A program made the translations under genes and the position numbers. The notes beneath the pieces were generated by a model. It was not told where the DNA came from. It did no database searches and was given only the letters and a program-made list of their open reading frames with translations. DNA of 64,000 nt, taken from Candidatus Kapaibacterium sp. GTDB lineage: Bacteria; Bacteroidota; Ignavibacteria; Kapaibacteriales; UBA4661. Below are positions 9,346 to 18,106 of this stretch, piece after piece. The DNA lies in the NCBI GenBank assembly GCA_025455065.1, contig JALONG010000004.1, positions 17,570 to 81,569 on the forward strand, in the 5' to 3' direction. Positions within the stretch are counted from its first letter, which is position 1. Every line of letters starts with the position of its first letter.

Positions 9346-10227
9346 TTAATACACCTCGCCCGCAGCAGAGCGGTAGGTGTTAAGCATCAGCATTGCAATC
9401 GTCATCGGACCAACACCACCCGGTACGGGCGTAATCGCAGAAGCCTTTTCGGAGGCACTCTCAAAATGCACATCGCCCACAAGGCGTGTTCCTTTCGGGG
9501 CTGCGGGGTCGTCTATGCGGTTAATGCCCACGTCAATAACGACAACACCGTCTTTGAGGTTGTCCCCATGAATTGCTTCCGGTACTCCAACTGCCGCCAC
9601 CAAAATATCGGCTTGGCGTGTGTAGTAGGCAATATCGGGCGCGGCAGTGTGGCAGATTGTTACGATTGCGTTGGCATTGGGGGCTTTTTGGTAGAGCAGA
9701 TTTGCCATTGGTTTCCCGACGATATTACTTCGCCCCACAACAACGGCGTGTTTCCCTTTGGTTTCGATGTGTGAACGTTTCAAAATTTCCATCACTCCCG
9801 CAGGCGTACAAGGCGCATAACACGGCAGCCCGGCAACCAAACGTCCGACATTTTCGGGATGAAACCCGTCCACATCTTTCGCCGGATGCACCGTGAGCAA
9901 CACACACTGCTCGTCAATGTGCGCCGGAAGCGGTAACTGCACCAAAATCCCGTGAATACGCGGGTCGGCGTTCCATGCTTGAATCTGCTCCAAAACTTCT
10001 TTTTCGCTGACCGTTGCAGGTTTTTCCAGCACAATCGAATAGAAACCAAGTTCTTCGCAGGCTTTCGCTTTGGAGCGTACATACACGTGCGATGCAGCAT
10101 TATCACCAATAAGCAGTACCGCTAATCCGGGCTGAATACCGCGCCCTGCCTTGAGTTCTCTCGTTTTTTCAGCAATTTCGTTCCGCACATCTTGTGCAAT
10201 CGCTTTTCCATCCAGAATCTGTGTCAT
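9346..10227 (-). CDS. folD: Methylenetetrahydrofolate dehydrogenase/cyclohydrolase
   Basis: GILVQLPLP, KDVDGFHP, GRSNIVGKP and TPVPGGVGPMT. Confidence 0.97.
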   Translation of the reverse strand: MTQILDGKAIAQDVRNEIAEKTRELKAGRGIQPGLAVLLIGDNAASHVYVRSKAKACEELGFYSIVLEKPATVSEKEVLEQIQAWNADPRIHGILVQLPLPAHIDEQCVLLTVHPAKDVDGFHPENVGRLVAGLPCYAPCTPAGVMEILKRSHIETKGKHAVVVGRSNIVGKPMANLLYQKAPNANAIVTICHTAAPDIAYYTRQADILVAAVGVPEAIHGDNLKDGVVVIDVGINRIDDPAAPKGTRLVGDVHFESASEKASAITPVPGGVGPMTIAMLMLNTYRSAAGEVY

Positions 10228-10237
10228 GGGGAAGATA

Positions 10238-10268
10238 GTGTTAAGTGTTGAATGTTGAGTGTTGAGTT
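10238..10268. repeat. Heptamer tandem repeat (gtgttga-like x4)
   Basis: gtgttaa gtgttga atgttga gtgttga. Confidence 0.7.
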
Positions 10269-10300
10269 TTCAGGACGGGACAAATGGCGCACAAGCATAT

Positions 10301-10831
10301 TTACCCAAATTTCGGCTCCCAAACCTCACGCAAAACGCAGTCCCACGGAAATTTCAACTCATCGGCGGGGTCGTAAGGATGTGATTGCAAATTAACGACA
10401 ATCGTTTCAGGCTGCGACAGCGCTTTCCATCCGTGCATAACACCTGGCGGAATGAGTATCATTGCGGGGTTTTGGATGCCGATGATAAACGAATTGACCT
10501 GCCCGAAGGTGGGAGAATCCTCCCGAATATCCACACACACAACCTGCATTTTTCCTCGCGTCACGGTGAATTGGTCGGTATGAATGGCGTGGAGATGCCA
10601 CGCTTTGACGACACCGTAATCCGTTGCCGATTGATAGACGTGTTGCGGAATAATCACGCCTTCGCGCTCCACCCAGGGCAAACTCCATAGTTCAATCACA
10701 TCGCCGCGCCCATCTACAATCGTTTTGAGGGCTTTGTACTTTACGCCATGAATCGTTGCACCGTTCATGGTGGAGTGCTGTTTGAAGGGAAGAGACTGCA
10801 ATAATGAAACTGTAACGTCGGTAATCTTCAT
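10301..10831 (-). CDS. dTDP-4-dehydrorhamnose 3,5-epimerase-family cupin
   Basis: DGRG, VVKAWHLH, VDIREDSPTFG and IPPGVMHG; start uncertain (10831 or 10768). Confidence 0.85.
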   Translation of the reverse strand: MKITDVTVSLLQSLPFKQHSTMNGATIHGVKYKALKTIVDGRGDVIELWSLPWVEREGVIIPQHVYQSATDYGVVKAWHLHAIHTDQFTVTRGKMQVVCVDIREDSPTFGQVNSFIIGIQNPAMILIPPGVMHGWKALSQPETIVVNLQSHPYDPADELKFPWDCVLREVWEPKFG

Positions 10832-11196
10832 TGGTTTTGTCGGAGAATTAAAGAGAGAATTTATGCGAAAAAAAGCAAAACAGTACCTGCTTGCTCCTCT
10901 ATGCCTTTTCGGCTCAAACATAGCATTTTTTCGGCAACTTTGCCCACATTATTCTGTGGATTTGTGTAAAATGTTGGTTTATTTTGACCTGTGGAAAACT
11001 TTTGTGATGCTGTGTCGCATTTCTCCCGTGCTGCCCAAACACCGCTTCGTTGCTGGATAGTTTACATATCAACCGTGCAACTCACGACAAATCAACGAGA
11101 AAATGAATTTATTTTCATCGTTCTGTCATTGAGTAGTGATTTTTCTCGTTGTAGTTTCGCAACCGTTAGTTTGTAACACTATGGATAGTCTGTTGT

Positions 11197-12117
11197 ATGA
11201 TGTTTCGTACTCTTTCGTTTTTGATGCCCTTTGTGATGCGCCGCTCTGCTAAGGCGCTGCGCATTGCCCGAACAGTGGCATTTATCGTCATCGTGCTTGT
11301 TGGCGCAATGTACAGTTTTGGTGTACAAGCAAAATTGCGCACGATTTTTTGGGATACGCCTGTCGCTATCAATAATGCGCTCGTGTCTGCCTCTTCCTCA
11401 ATGGTACAACACGGCGTAGCTTCGTGGTATGGTCCGCGTTTTCACGGGCGAAAAACCGCTAACGGTGAAATTTACGATATGCACGATTTCACTGCCGCAC
11501 ACCTCACACTGCCGCTTGGAACGGTCATTCGCGTTACCAACACCGAAAACGACCGCACAACGCTTGTTCGTGTGAATGACCGAGGTCCCTACATCGAAGG
11601 GCGTATTCTCGACCTTTCGTATAGTGCAGCAAAAGCGCTTGGTGTCTTGGGTAACGGTACGGCAAACGTGAAAGTGGAAGTCGTCGAAGGGATTCGCCTG
11701 ACCGATAGCACCGTTGCCGAGAACGTTGCAAGCAGCGATTACGAATTTGCCGCTATCAAAGACCTTCTCACAACCACCGCCTTCGCACACGATATGCAGC
11801 CGCTTGTCGTTGATGCGGGAACGTTTTCGATTGTTTACGAAAGCGATAATTTTGCCGAAGCGCTCAAAGCATGGCAAAATCTCCGCAAAAAACACGGCGA
11901 CATCGTGTATCTTGTGCCGCAACGCAAACCCGATGAACAAATCGTGTATGAGGAATGGCAACGCAAGACCAGCAGCGCAGTTCAAAAGCCGCAAACCCGC
12001 GCAGAACGACGTGCCGCTAAACGCAAACTTGATGCAAAACGTGCAGAACGTACGCGCCTGTATAACTACCAATTATTACTGCTGGAGCCGGATTCGCCGG
12101 AACTTGCGGCAAATTAA
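11197..12117 (+). CDS. rlpA: Septal ring lytic transglycosylase RlpA family
   Basis: ASWYGPRFHGRKTANGE, TAAHLTLP, VRVNDRGPY and RILDLS. Confidence 0.9.
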   Translation: MMFRTLSFLMPFVMRRSAKALRIARTVAFIVIVLVGAMYSFGVQAKLRTIFWDTPVAINNALVSASSSMVQHGVASWYGPRFHGRKTANGEIYDMHDFTAAHLTLPLGTVIRVTNTENDRTTLVRVNDRGPYIEGRILDLSYSAAKALGVLGNGTANVKVEVVEGIRLTDSTVAENVASSDYEFAAIKDLLTTTAFAHDMQPLVVDAGTFSIVYESDNFAEALKAWQNLRKKHGDIVYLVPQRKPDEQIVYEEWQRKTSSAVQKPQTRAERRAAKRKLDAKRAERTRLYNYQLLLLEPDSPELAAN

Positions 12118-12142
12118 GAGCAACATTCCCACATCAAGAAGC

Positions 12143-12190
12143 AAAACCGTTACAGTCTGCATCACTCAGGGCTGCAACGGTTTTTTGTTT
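12143..12190. terminator. Probable bidirectional terminator between convergent genes
   Basis: aaaaccgttacagtc / ggctgcaacggtttt stem with A and T tails. Confidence 0.6.
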
Positions 12191-12211
12191 CTATTTCACA
12201 CAATCATCACT

Positions 12212-13045
12212 TCACACCAAACGGAACGAAATCTGCGTTTTACCTAGCGTTTCATCCACAACACCATACTCAAAGCTAGGCGTAAAGCGGCTTTCCGTGA
12301 AATGAACCGTGTTAGTATTATCAAGCAAAATTACCGTCGAACAGCGCGTACCATAGCTGCGCTCCGGCGCATGAATAAACAGCGATGAAAGTTGTCGTTC
12401 CCATTCGATGCCGACTCCGGTGTCAGGTAGGAGCGAATCATCAGGTCTGGTGGGGTCTTGAAGCATTGCCAGCAATGTTTCCGTGAGCGTTTTGGGATTG
12501 CGTGTTTTTTCCTCTGCATCCAGTGTTAATGAGCTTTGCAGCCGTTGTTTTCCTTCCTCCACTTTGTACCAAGGCGTATCCAACAGAGCATTGCTCAAGC
12601 CGTGAACGCCTGTGCTGATACGCTCTGCGGCATTGCCATTTGCAACGTTGCCATAATTAGAAAACCAGAAAATTTCCTGTGCAGCAATATTTCCCCAAAG
12701 AATGTTAAAACCGTTGTACATCGTTTTGCGACGTTCCAAGAGCGTAGCAAAATCGCCGTTTGTTGGATTTTGTGTGAGAAATTTGTAGGTGAGTTCTCCA
12801 CGAGAAGGCGCATCAGGATTGATGTTTGACAAATCACGAACATTGGTCAGTGCCGTAAAACGTCCTTGTCGCGTGATTCCAAGCCATGTTCCGCCGGCTT
12901 CCAAATCTATCCCACCAAAAACATCGGGAAAATACGACCACCAGTGCGCCTTGTGTGCGGGGCGCTTCGTAAATTCATCGCGGTTTGCCGCCAAAACAAA
13001 GGGATAATCGGGGTGTGCGTTGAGAGCGAAAAGGATAAGACACAT
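12212..13045 (-). CDS. NRDE/TANGO2-family protein
   Basis: MCLI N-terminus, ANRDEF, GGTWLG, SRG, GLSN and YGTRCST. Confidence 0.92.
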   Translation of the reverse strand: MCLILFALNAHPDYPFVLAANRDEFTKRPAHKAHWWSYFPDVFGGIDLEAGGTWLGITRQGRFTALTNVRDLSNINPDAPSRGELTYKFLTQNPTNGDFATLLERRKTMYNGFNILWGNIAAQEIFWFSNYGNVANGNAAERISTGVHGLSNALLDTPWYKVEEGKQRLQSSLTLDAEEKTRNPKTLTETLLAMLQDPTRPDDSLLPDTGVGIEWERQLSSLFIHAPERSYGTRCSTVILLDNTNTVHFTESRFTPSFEYGVVDETLGKTQISFRLV

Positions 13046-13259
13046 AGCGGGGTGAATGGTTGTGGTCAAAAATAGTGTTCCATAGCAAAACTACAAAACC
13101 GCATCAAAACACGCCGTATAAAAACTACATAAAAAATTTTCGTAGCATACACCAATTTCCATGATGTTTCGTTATCTTATACATTGTGTGTTCATCTTGC
13201 TCACGAGTGTTGCAAGTCTGTTCCTACCTTTTCATTTTTTTTTTACCACAGGAGGTTGC

Positions 13260-14576
13260 ATGAAGCTATTGAACCTGCTTCGCCGAGCGATGCCTAAAGC
13301 AGCGCTTATTTTGGCTCTTTTGAGCTGTTGCATACTGTTGTCATCGCCCGGACGCTTAAAAGCGGGCGGTTTTCAACTCAACGAACACGGCGCACGTGCT
13401 ATGGCAATGGGCTTTGCCGTTGCAAGTGCCGATGCGTGTGATGTCAGCACAATTTTTTACAATCCTGCCGGATTGGTCTTTTTGAAAGACGGATTGTCTG
13501 TGATGCTCGGTATTACGCCGCTTTTGCCACAAGCTACGTTTGCCGGACCGACCAATCTCAACCGTTCCGCCGTTACAAGCATGGATTTGTGGGCGTTCCC
13601 GCTTCCGCACCTTTATGCGGCATATAAAACGCAGTTTAGCGGTATTTCCGTTGCTGCCGGTGTGGGCGTATTTGTGCCGTTTGGTGCTGGTACGAGTTGG
13701 AATGAAAATTGGACGGGGCGTAATTTGGCGCTTCGTACTTATTTGCAAACCATTTCCGTTAATCCCGTTGTGGCAATCGGCTTGTTTGAAAATCGTGTTT
13801 CTCTTGCTTTTGGTGGTGTATATTCGCATGGTTCGGCGGAATTGCGTCAGCGTGTCCCGAACTTCGGTACAGAGCCGTTTTTGAACTTGAAAGGCGAAGG
13901 AGATTATTTATCGTGGAACGCAGGAATCACGCTGGAGCCGATTAAAGGTATCAAAATTGGTGCTGCATACCGCAGCAACATTATGATGCGCTACGACGGT
14001 CAAGCAAAATTTTCCGCCGATGCCGCAGGAACACAGGCACTTCCTGCCGGGTTGAACAATCTTTTTGCCGACGGTCCGGGCGGAACGGCGCTCAATTTGC
14101 CCTTTGATTTACGCACGGGAATTTCCTTCCGCGTCAGTGAAAAACTCCTCTTGGAACTTGGTCTAGACTACGTTGGTTGGTCATCCTACGACACACTCCG
14201 TATTCGCTTTGACAAACTTCCCGGCGCTCCAAACCGCTCCGGCGAAGTCATCAATCCACGTAATTACTTCAACACGCCGACGTTCCGCGTTGGTACGGAA
14301 TACACTGCTACCGAAACCCTGCGTTTGCGCGGCGGTGCGTTTTACGACGTTGTTCCGGTGGAAGCCCGCTACACGCAGCCTATTTTGCCGGATGCGAACC
14401 GTATTGGTTTAACGGCTGGTGTTGGTGTGAATCTGAGCGAGAACTTTGTTGTGGATGTCAGCTATATGTTTGTCTATGGCTTGCAGCGCGAAGTAACCAA
14501 CAGCACGTTCAATTTCAACGGTATCTATAATTCATGGGCAAACGCTCTTGCACTCTCGCTTTCATACCGTTTCTAA
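13260..14576 (+). CDS. FadL/OmpP1-family outer-membrane transporter
   Basis: GGFQLNEHGARAMAMG, TIFYNPAGL, ILPDANR, C-terminal YRF; GGAGG SD before 13260. Confidence 0.9.
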   Translation: MKLLNLLRRAMPKAALILALLSCCILLSSPGRLKAGGFQLNEHGARAMAMGFAVASADACDVSTIFYNPAGLVFLKDGLSVMLGITPLLPQATFAGPTNLNRSAVTSMDLWAFPLPHLYAAYKTQFSGISVAAGVGVFVPFGAGTSWNENWTGRNLALRTYLQTISVNPVVAIGLFENRVSLAFGGVYSHGSAELRQRVPNFGTEPFLNLKGEGDYLSWNAGITLEPIKGIKIGAAYRSNIMMRYDGQAKFSADAAGTQALPAGLNNLFADGPGGTALNLPFDLRTGISFRVSEKLLLELGLDYVGWSSYDTLRIRFDKLPGAPNRSGEVINPRNYFNTPTFRVGTEYTATETLRLRGGAFYDVVPVEARYTQPILPDANRIGLTAGVGVNLSENFVVDVSYMFVYGLQREVTNSTFNFNGIYNSWANALALSLSYRF

Positions 14577-14608
14577 CACGATTTCATCACTTTTTTAGGA
14601 GAACACCA

Positions 14609-16201
14609 ATGACAGTTCATTCTCGACAATTCTCATGGAAGCGTGTATTGAAGAGCTTTGCAGCGAGTTTTGCTCTAGCCGCTTTTGCCTTTGCCTCTCA
14701 GTCATGCAGCCCTGTTTTTTCACCGACAACACCCGGCACCGGTTCACTGGGAATGCTGGCAAGCGGCGACGGTACGCCCATTCGCTACGTGGCACTTGGA
14801 AACAGCCTCACAGCAGGCTTCCAATCCGGCGCAGTCGTTGCAAGCGAGACGCAGTACGCTTACCCAACAATGATGGCAGTTCAAATGGGCTTGCCCTTTG
14901 GCGATGAGCCGGGGCAGTATCAATACATGAAATTTCCGGCAAATGGCGGTATCGGCTCACGCAACCGCATCACGTCCTTTGACGCGACGGGAACGCCACA
15001 ATTTGCGGGCGTTGCGCTTTCGACCGCACCTGAAAATGCTACGCTGGCGCGTCCGTACAACAATCTCGGCATTCCGGGCGCTCTTTTGCGTGATATGAAC
15101 CCGCCTGTGGGCGACCCGCTTTATGACCGCCGTTTTGCACCTGCAACCGGAAACCCGCTTTTCAACCCGTTTTTCGGTGCTGTCTTGCGGAATCCTGCGG
15201 CACTGGGCAGAACGTGTGTGGATCAAGCGGCACGGCTCAATCCGAATTTGGTAACGATTTTTATCGGTAATAACGATGTGCTTGGGTATGCAAGTTCCGG
15301 CGGCACAGCAGGCACAAACTTCGTAACGCAAGCAACAATGCCGACTGCACCTCCCGCACCCACAGAAACACCTGTGTTTACGGCACAGTTTAACGCGCTT
15401 ATGGATTCGTGCGTACGCCGTATGCCCAATGCACGGTTTGTTGTCAGCAATATTCCCGATGTCTTGGCTGCACCGTATTTCACGACTGCCGGACCGCAAT
15501 TACGCGCAGGGCTTGTTGCTACGCTGAATAACACGGCTATTGTTCCGGCGCAACTTGCAGGTTTGATTCGGATGTTCTTGCCGAATTTCCCCAACGGCAT
15601 TCCCGTACAAAGTTCTGCTGCACCAGGCGGAATCAAGCCCCTAGCAGCAGGAGATCTTTTTGTCCTTACTTCTCCCGCAGGCGCTACGGCATACGTTCAA
15701 CGTCTGCTCGGCATTTTCGGAATGCTTGCACCACAAATTGTTGCAAATCCCGCTATGGCTCCGGCACTTGTACAACAAGCTCTTGCGCAAAATCCTATGC
15801 CAAACGCTTTGGTGTTAGACGAAGCCGAACAAGCTCGTGTGCGCACCTCTGTAATGGAATTTAACCAAGCCATTGCGGCAGCCGTCGCACGGCACACCGC
15901 AAACAACCGTGCTGTGCTGTTCAACGCTAATACGCTTGTTGAGAGCATTCGCACCAATGGCTATCCGTTCCAAGGACAAGGCGCAATTCCCGGCACTAAC
16001 AACGTCGTCGGTAACGTACTGCGTTTTGATTTTGTTTCGGGCGGATTTTTCAGTTTGGACGGCGTACACCCCTCATCACGCGGCTACGGTGCTGTGGCGA
16101 ATGAGATGCTCAAACTCATCAACTCCACATACAGCGCCAACATCCCGCTTATTCCAATCATTGACCTTCCCGGTCTGCCGATTGGACAAAATGCGTTTTA
16201 A
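14609..16201 (+). CDS. SGNH/GDSL lipolytic lipoprotein
   Basis: YVALGNSLTAG (block I), NNLGIPGA, IGNNDVLGYA (block III), SLDGVHP (block V); Cys after the signal peptide; AGGAG SD. Confidence 0.88.
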   Translation: MTVHSRQFSWKRVLKSFAASFALAAFAFASQSCSPVFSPTTPGTGSLGMLASGDGTPIRYVALGNSLTAGFQSGAVVASETQYAYPTMMAVQMGLPFGDEPGQYQYMKFPANGGIGSRNRITSFDATGTPQFAGVALSTAPENATLARPYNNLGIPGALLRDMNPPVGDPLYDRRFAPATGNPLFNPFFGAVLRNPAALGRTCVDQAARLNPNLVTIFIGNNDVLGYASSGGTAGTNFVTQATMPTAPPAPTETPVFTAQFNALMDSCVRRMPNARFVVSNIPDVLAAPYFTTAGPQLRAGLVATLNNTAIVPAQLAGLIRMFLPNFPNGIPVQSSAAPGGIKPLAAGDLFVLTSPAGATAYVQRLLGIFGMLAPQIVANPAMAPALVQQALAQNPMPNALVLDEAEQARVRTSVMEFNQAIAAAVARHTANNRAVLFNANTLVESIRTNGYPFQGQGAIPGTNNVVGNVLRFDFVSGGFFSLDGVHPSSRGYGAVANEMLKLINSTYSANIPLIPIIDLPGLPIGQNAF

Positions 16202-16216
16202 GGTTTGGTAAACAAT

Positions 16217-16274
16217 AATACTCTGTACTCTGAAAGCCTCATGAATACTGCTTTTAGGTACAGAGTATTTTTTT
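16217..16274 (+). terminator. Probable intrinsic terminator
   Basis: aatactctgtac / gtacagagtatt stem followed by a T-run. Confidence 0.6.
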
Positions 16275-16301
16275 GGTAGCCACAATATTCACAACGAAGG
16301 C

Positions 16302-17366
16302 ATGACAAATTCTCTTTTGCTATTTCTTATTACGCTGCGCTGGCGAGCATTGGTGCGCAGTTTGCGATATTTGGTCAAACGTGATGCTTTCGGGATATTC
16401 TTGGTCATGGCTCTGTGCCTTGTGTTTGGGGTAATCGTTGCAAAAAATATCCACCGAGAAATCAGCGTTGTTTTTATTATCACGCTCCACGGCGCACTGC
16501 TGAGTTTTCTTCACAGCCTGCGCAAAGACGCACCATTCCTTGCGTGGTTGGGTGTTCCGCCCCGAAAAGTTTTTTGTGTGGAATATAGCATCCTTGCTGT
16601 TCCCGGCATAATCGCACTCTTGTTTACGCCATTTCCTTGGCTATTCGTGCTACCACTCCTGATTTCATGCGCCTTTGCTGTTATTTTGCCCGAACAGTTT
16701 TCCTCAATCTTCAGGCTACACCAATCTTCAGCCGCACAAGGGCAAAAAATATCCTTTCAACACCTCACAAAGCAAGGTTTTATCACATTCTTGCCGAGTA
16801 TGGCGTTTGAGTGGCAGGGAGGCTTGCGGCAGCGAAAGGTTATGGTGGGAATACTCTGGATAGGCTCATTATTGCTGGCTTGGCAGCCGTTTTTGCTGAG
16901 TGTGCTTCTTGTGATTTTAGCGCTGGTTCCGGTGGAATTTTACGGCATAGGCGAACATCGCACCATGCTTCAAGCGCTCTGTATCTCGCCTTCGCAGTTT
17001 CTTCGGCTCAAAATCAAGCAAGGCTTTCTGGGGTATTCGTTTCTGCTCACACCGCTTGTTTGCTTGGGTATGGGTGTGTACTTGGTAAAGAATGTCGCAA
17101 CAATTCACATTTCACAGCAAGTATTATTCATCATTGCCGCCTTCGGTGCTTCGTGCCTTGTTTGCTTGATTCTTTCCGCATTATGTGTTTTGGCGAAATA
17201 TGCGTTTTATGCGGAAGGATTACCGTTTTCATTTGCCGTTTCGACGGTTGTCGTCCTATCGCTTTTAACGCTTTGGCATCCGTTTATTTCTATTATCGGA
17301 CTTGGCACAAGTTTTTCGATACTCACTTCAAAAGCGCATAAACGCTTACGTTTGCTCGGTTCATAA
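16302..17366 (+). CDS. Membrane protein, putative ABC permease
   Basis: Many TM segments; directly upstream of an ABC ATPase. Confidence 0.65.
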   Translation: MTNSLLLFLITLRWRALVRSLRYLVKRDAFGIFLVMALCLVFGVIVAKNIHREISVVFIITLHGALLSFLHSLRKDAPFLAWLGVPPRKVFCVEYSILAVPGIIALLFTPFPWLFVLPLLISCAFAVILPEQFSSIFRLHQSSAAQGQKISFQHLTKQGFITFLPSMAFEWQGGLRQRKVMVGILWIGSLLLAWQPFLLSVLLVILALVPVEFYGIGEHRTMLQALCISPSQFLRLKIKQGFLGYSFLLTPLVCLGMGVYLVKNVATIHISQQVLFIIAAFGASCLVCLILSALCVLAKYAFYAEGLPFSFAVSTVVVLSLLTLWHPFISIIGLGTSFSILTSKAHKRLRLLGS

Positions 17367-17390
17367 CACTCTCACCTTGTTTTTTTTGCT

Positions 17391-18086
17391 ATGCTTCAAC
17401 TCAACAACTGCTCTATTGCTTACGGCGACAGCTATATTTTCAGCGACCTGTCCTTGCAATTCAGTGTTGGTGAGGTTCACGGAATCATCGGCAGTAATGG
17501 AGCGGGAAAAACAACACTCTTCAAAGCGCTTGCTCACAGGCTTCCTTTGCGCACAGGAACAATCACGTTGAACGGGGAGGCGCTTCAAACCAATGATGTT
17601 GCGCTCTTGGATATTGATCCTTTTTTCTATCCGCGCATTACGGGAAGCGAGTATTTGCGGCTGTTTTCGTTCAAAAACCCGCAGTTTGACGGTGAGGAAT
17701 GGAATCGTGTTTTTCAGTTACCGCTTCAAGACGAGATTTTGAGTTATTCGGCAGGAATGAAGAAAAAGTTGGCACTCATGGGAATTATCGGTTTGAAGCC
17801 GCGTCTGATGCTGCTCGACGAACCGCTCAACAGCTTGGATTTTGACACAAGCTATATTCTTATGGACACGCTACAAATCCTCGCCAAGCACGGAACGACA
17901 GTACTTCTCAGTTCGCACATCGTCGAGCCACTTTTGCCGCAATGCGAAAGTATCACGTGGCTTGCGGGAAGGCAGGATATACGCCGCTTTACTCAGGATG
18001 AATTTTCAACGCTTTCCGAGCATCTTCGCCCACACGAACACGAGGCTCAAAAAGCGCTTGTGGAGCGGCTTTTGAGCAAAGGCTAA
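17391..18086 (+). CDS. ABC transporter ATP-binding protein
   Basis: GSNGAGKTT Walker A, YSAGMKKK signature, LLDEP Walker B, SSH. Confidence 0.92.
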   Translation: MLQLNNCSIAYGDSYIFSDLSLQFSVGEVHGIIGSNGAGKTTLFKALAHRLPLRTGTITLNGEALQTNDVALLDIDPFFYPRITGSEYLRLFSFKNPQFDGEEWNRVFQLPLQDEILSYSAGMKKKLALMGIIGLKPRLMLLDEPLNSLDFDTSYILMDTLQILAKHGTTVLLSSHIVEPLLPQCESITWLAGRQDIRRFTQDEFSTLSEHLRPHEHEAQKALVERLLSKG

Positions 18087-18106
18087 AGAGTTAATTTGCC
18101 GCCGCA

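Noticed and set aside
10228-10300. THF/ZTP riboswitch upstream of folD
   Set aside because: The spacer is only 73 bp, mostly heptamer repeat, with no aptamer motifs.
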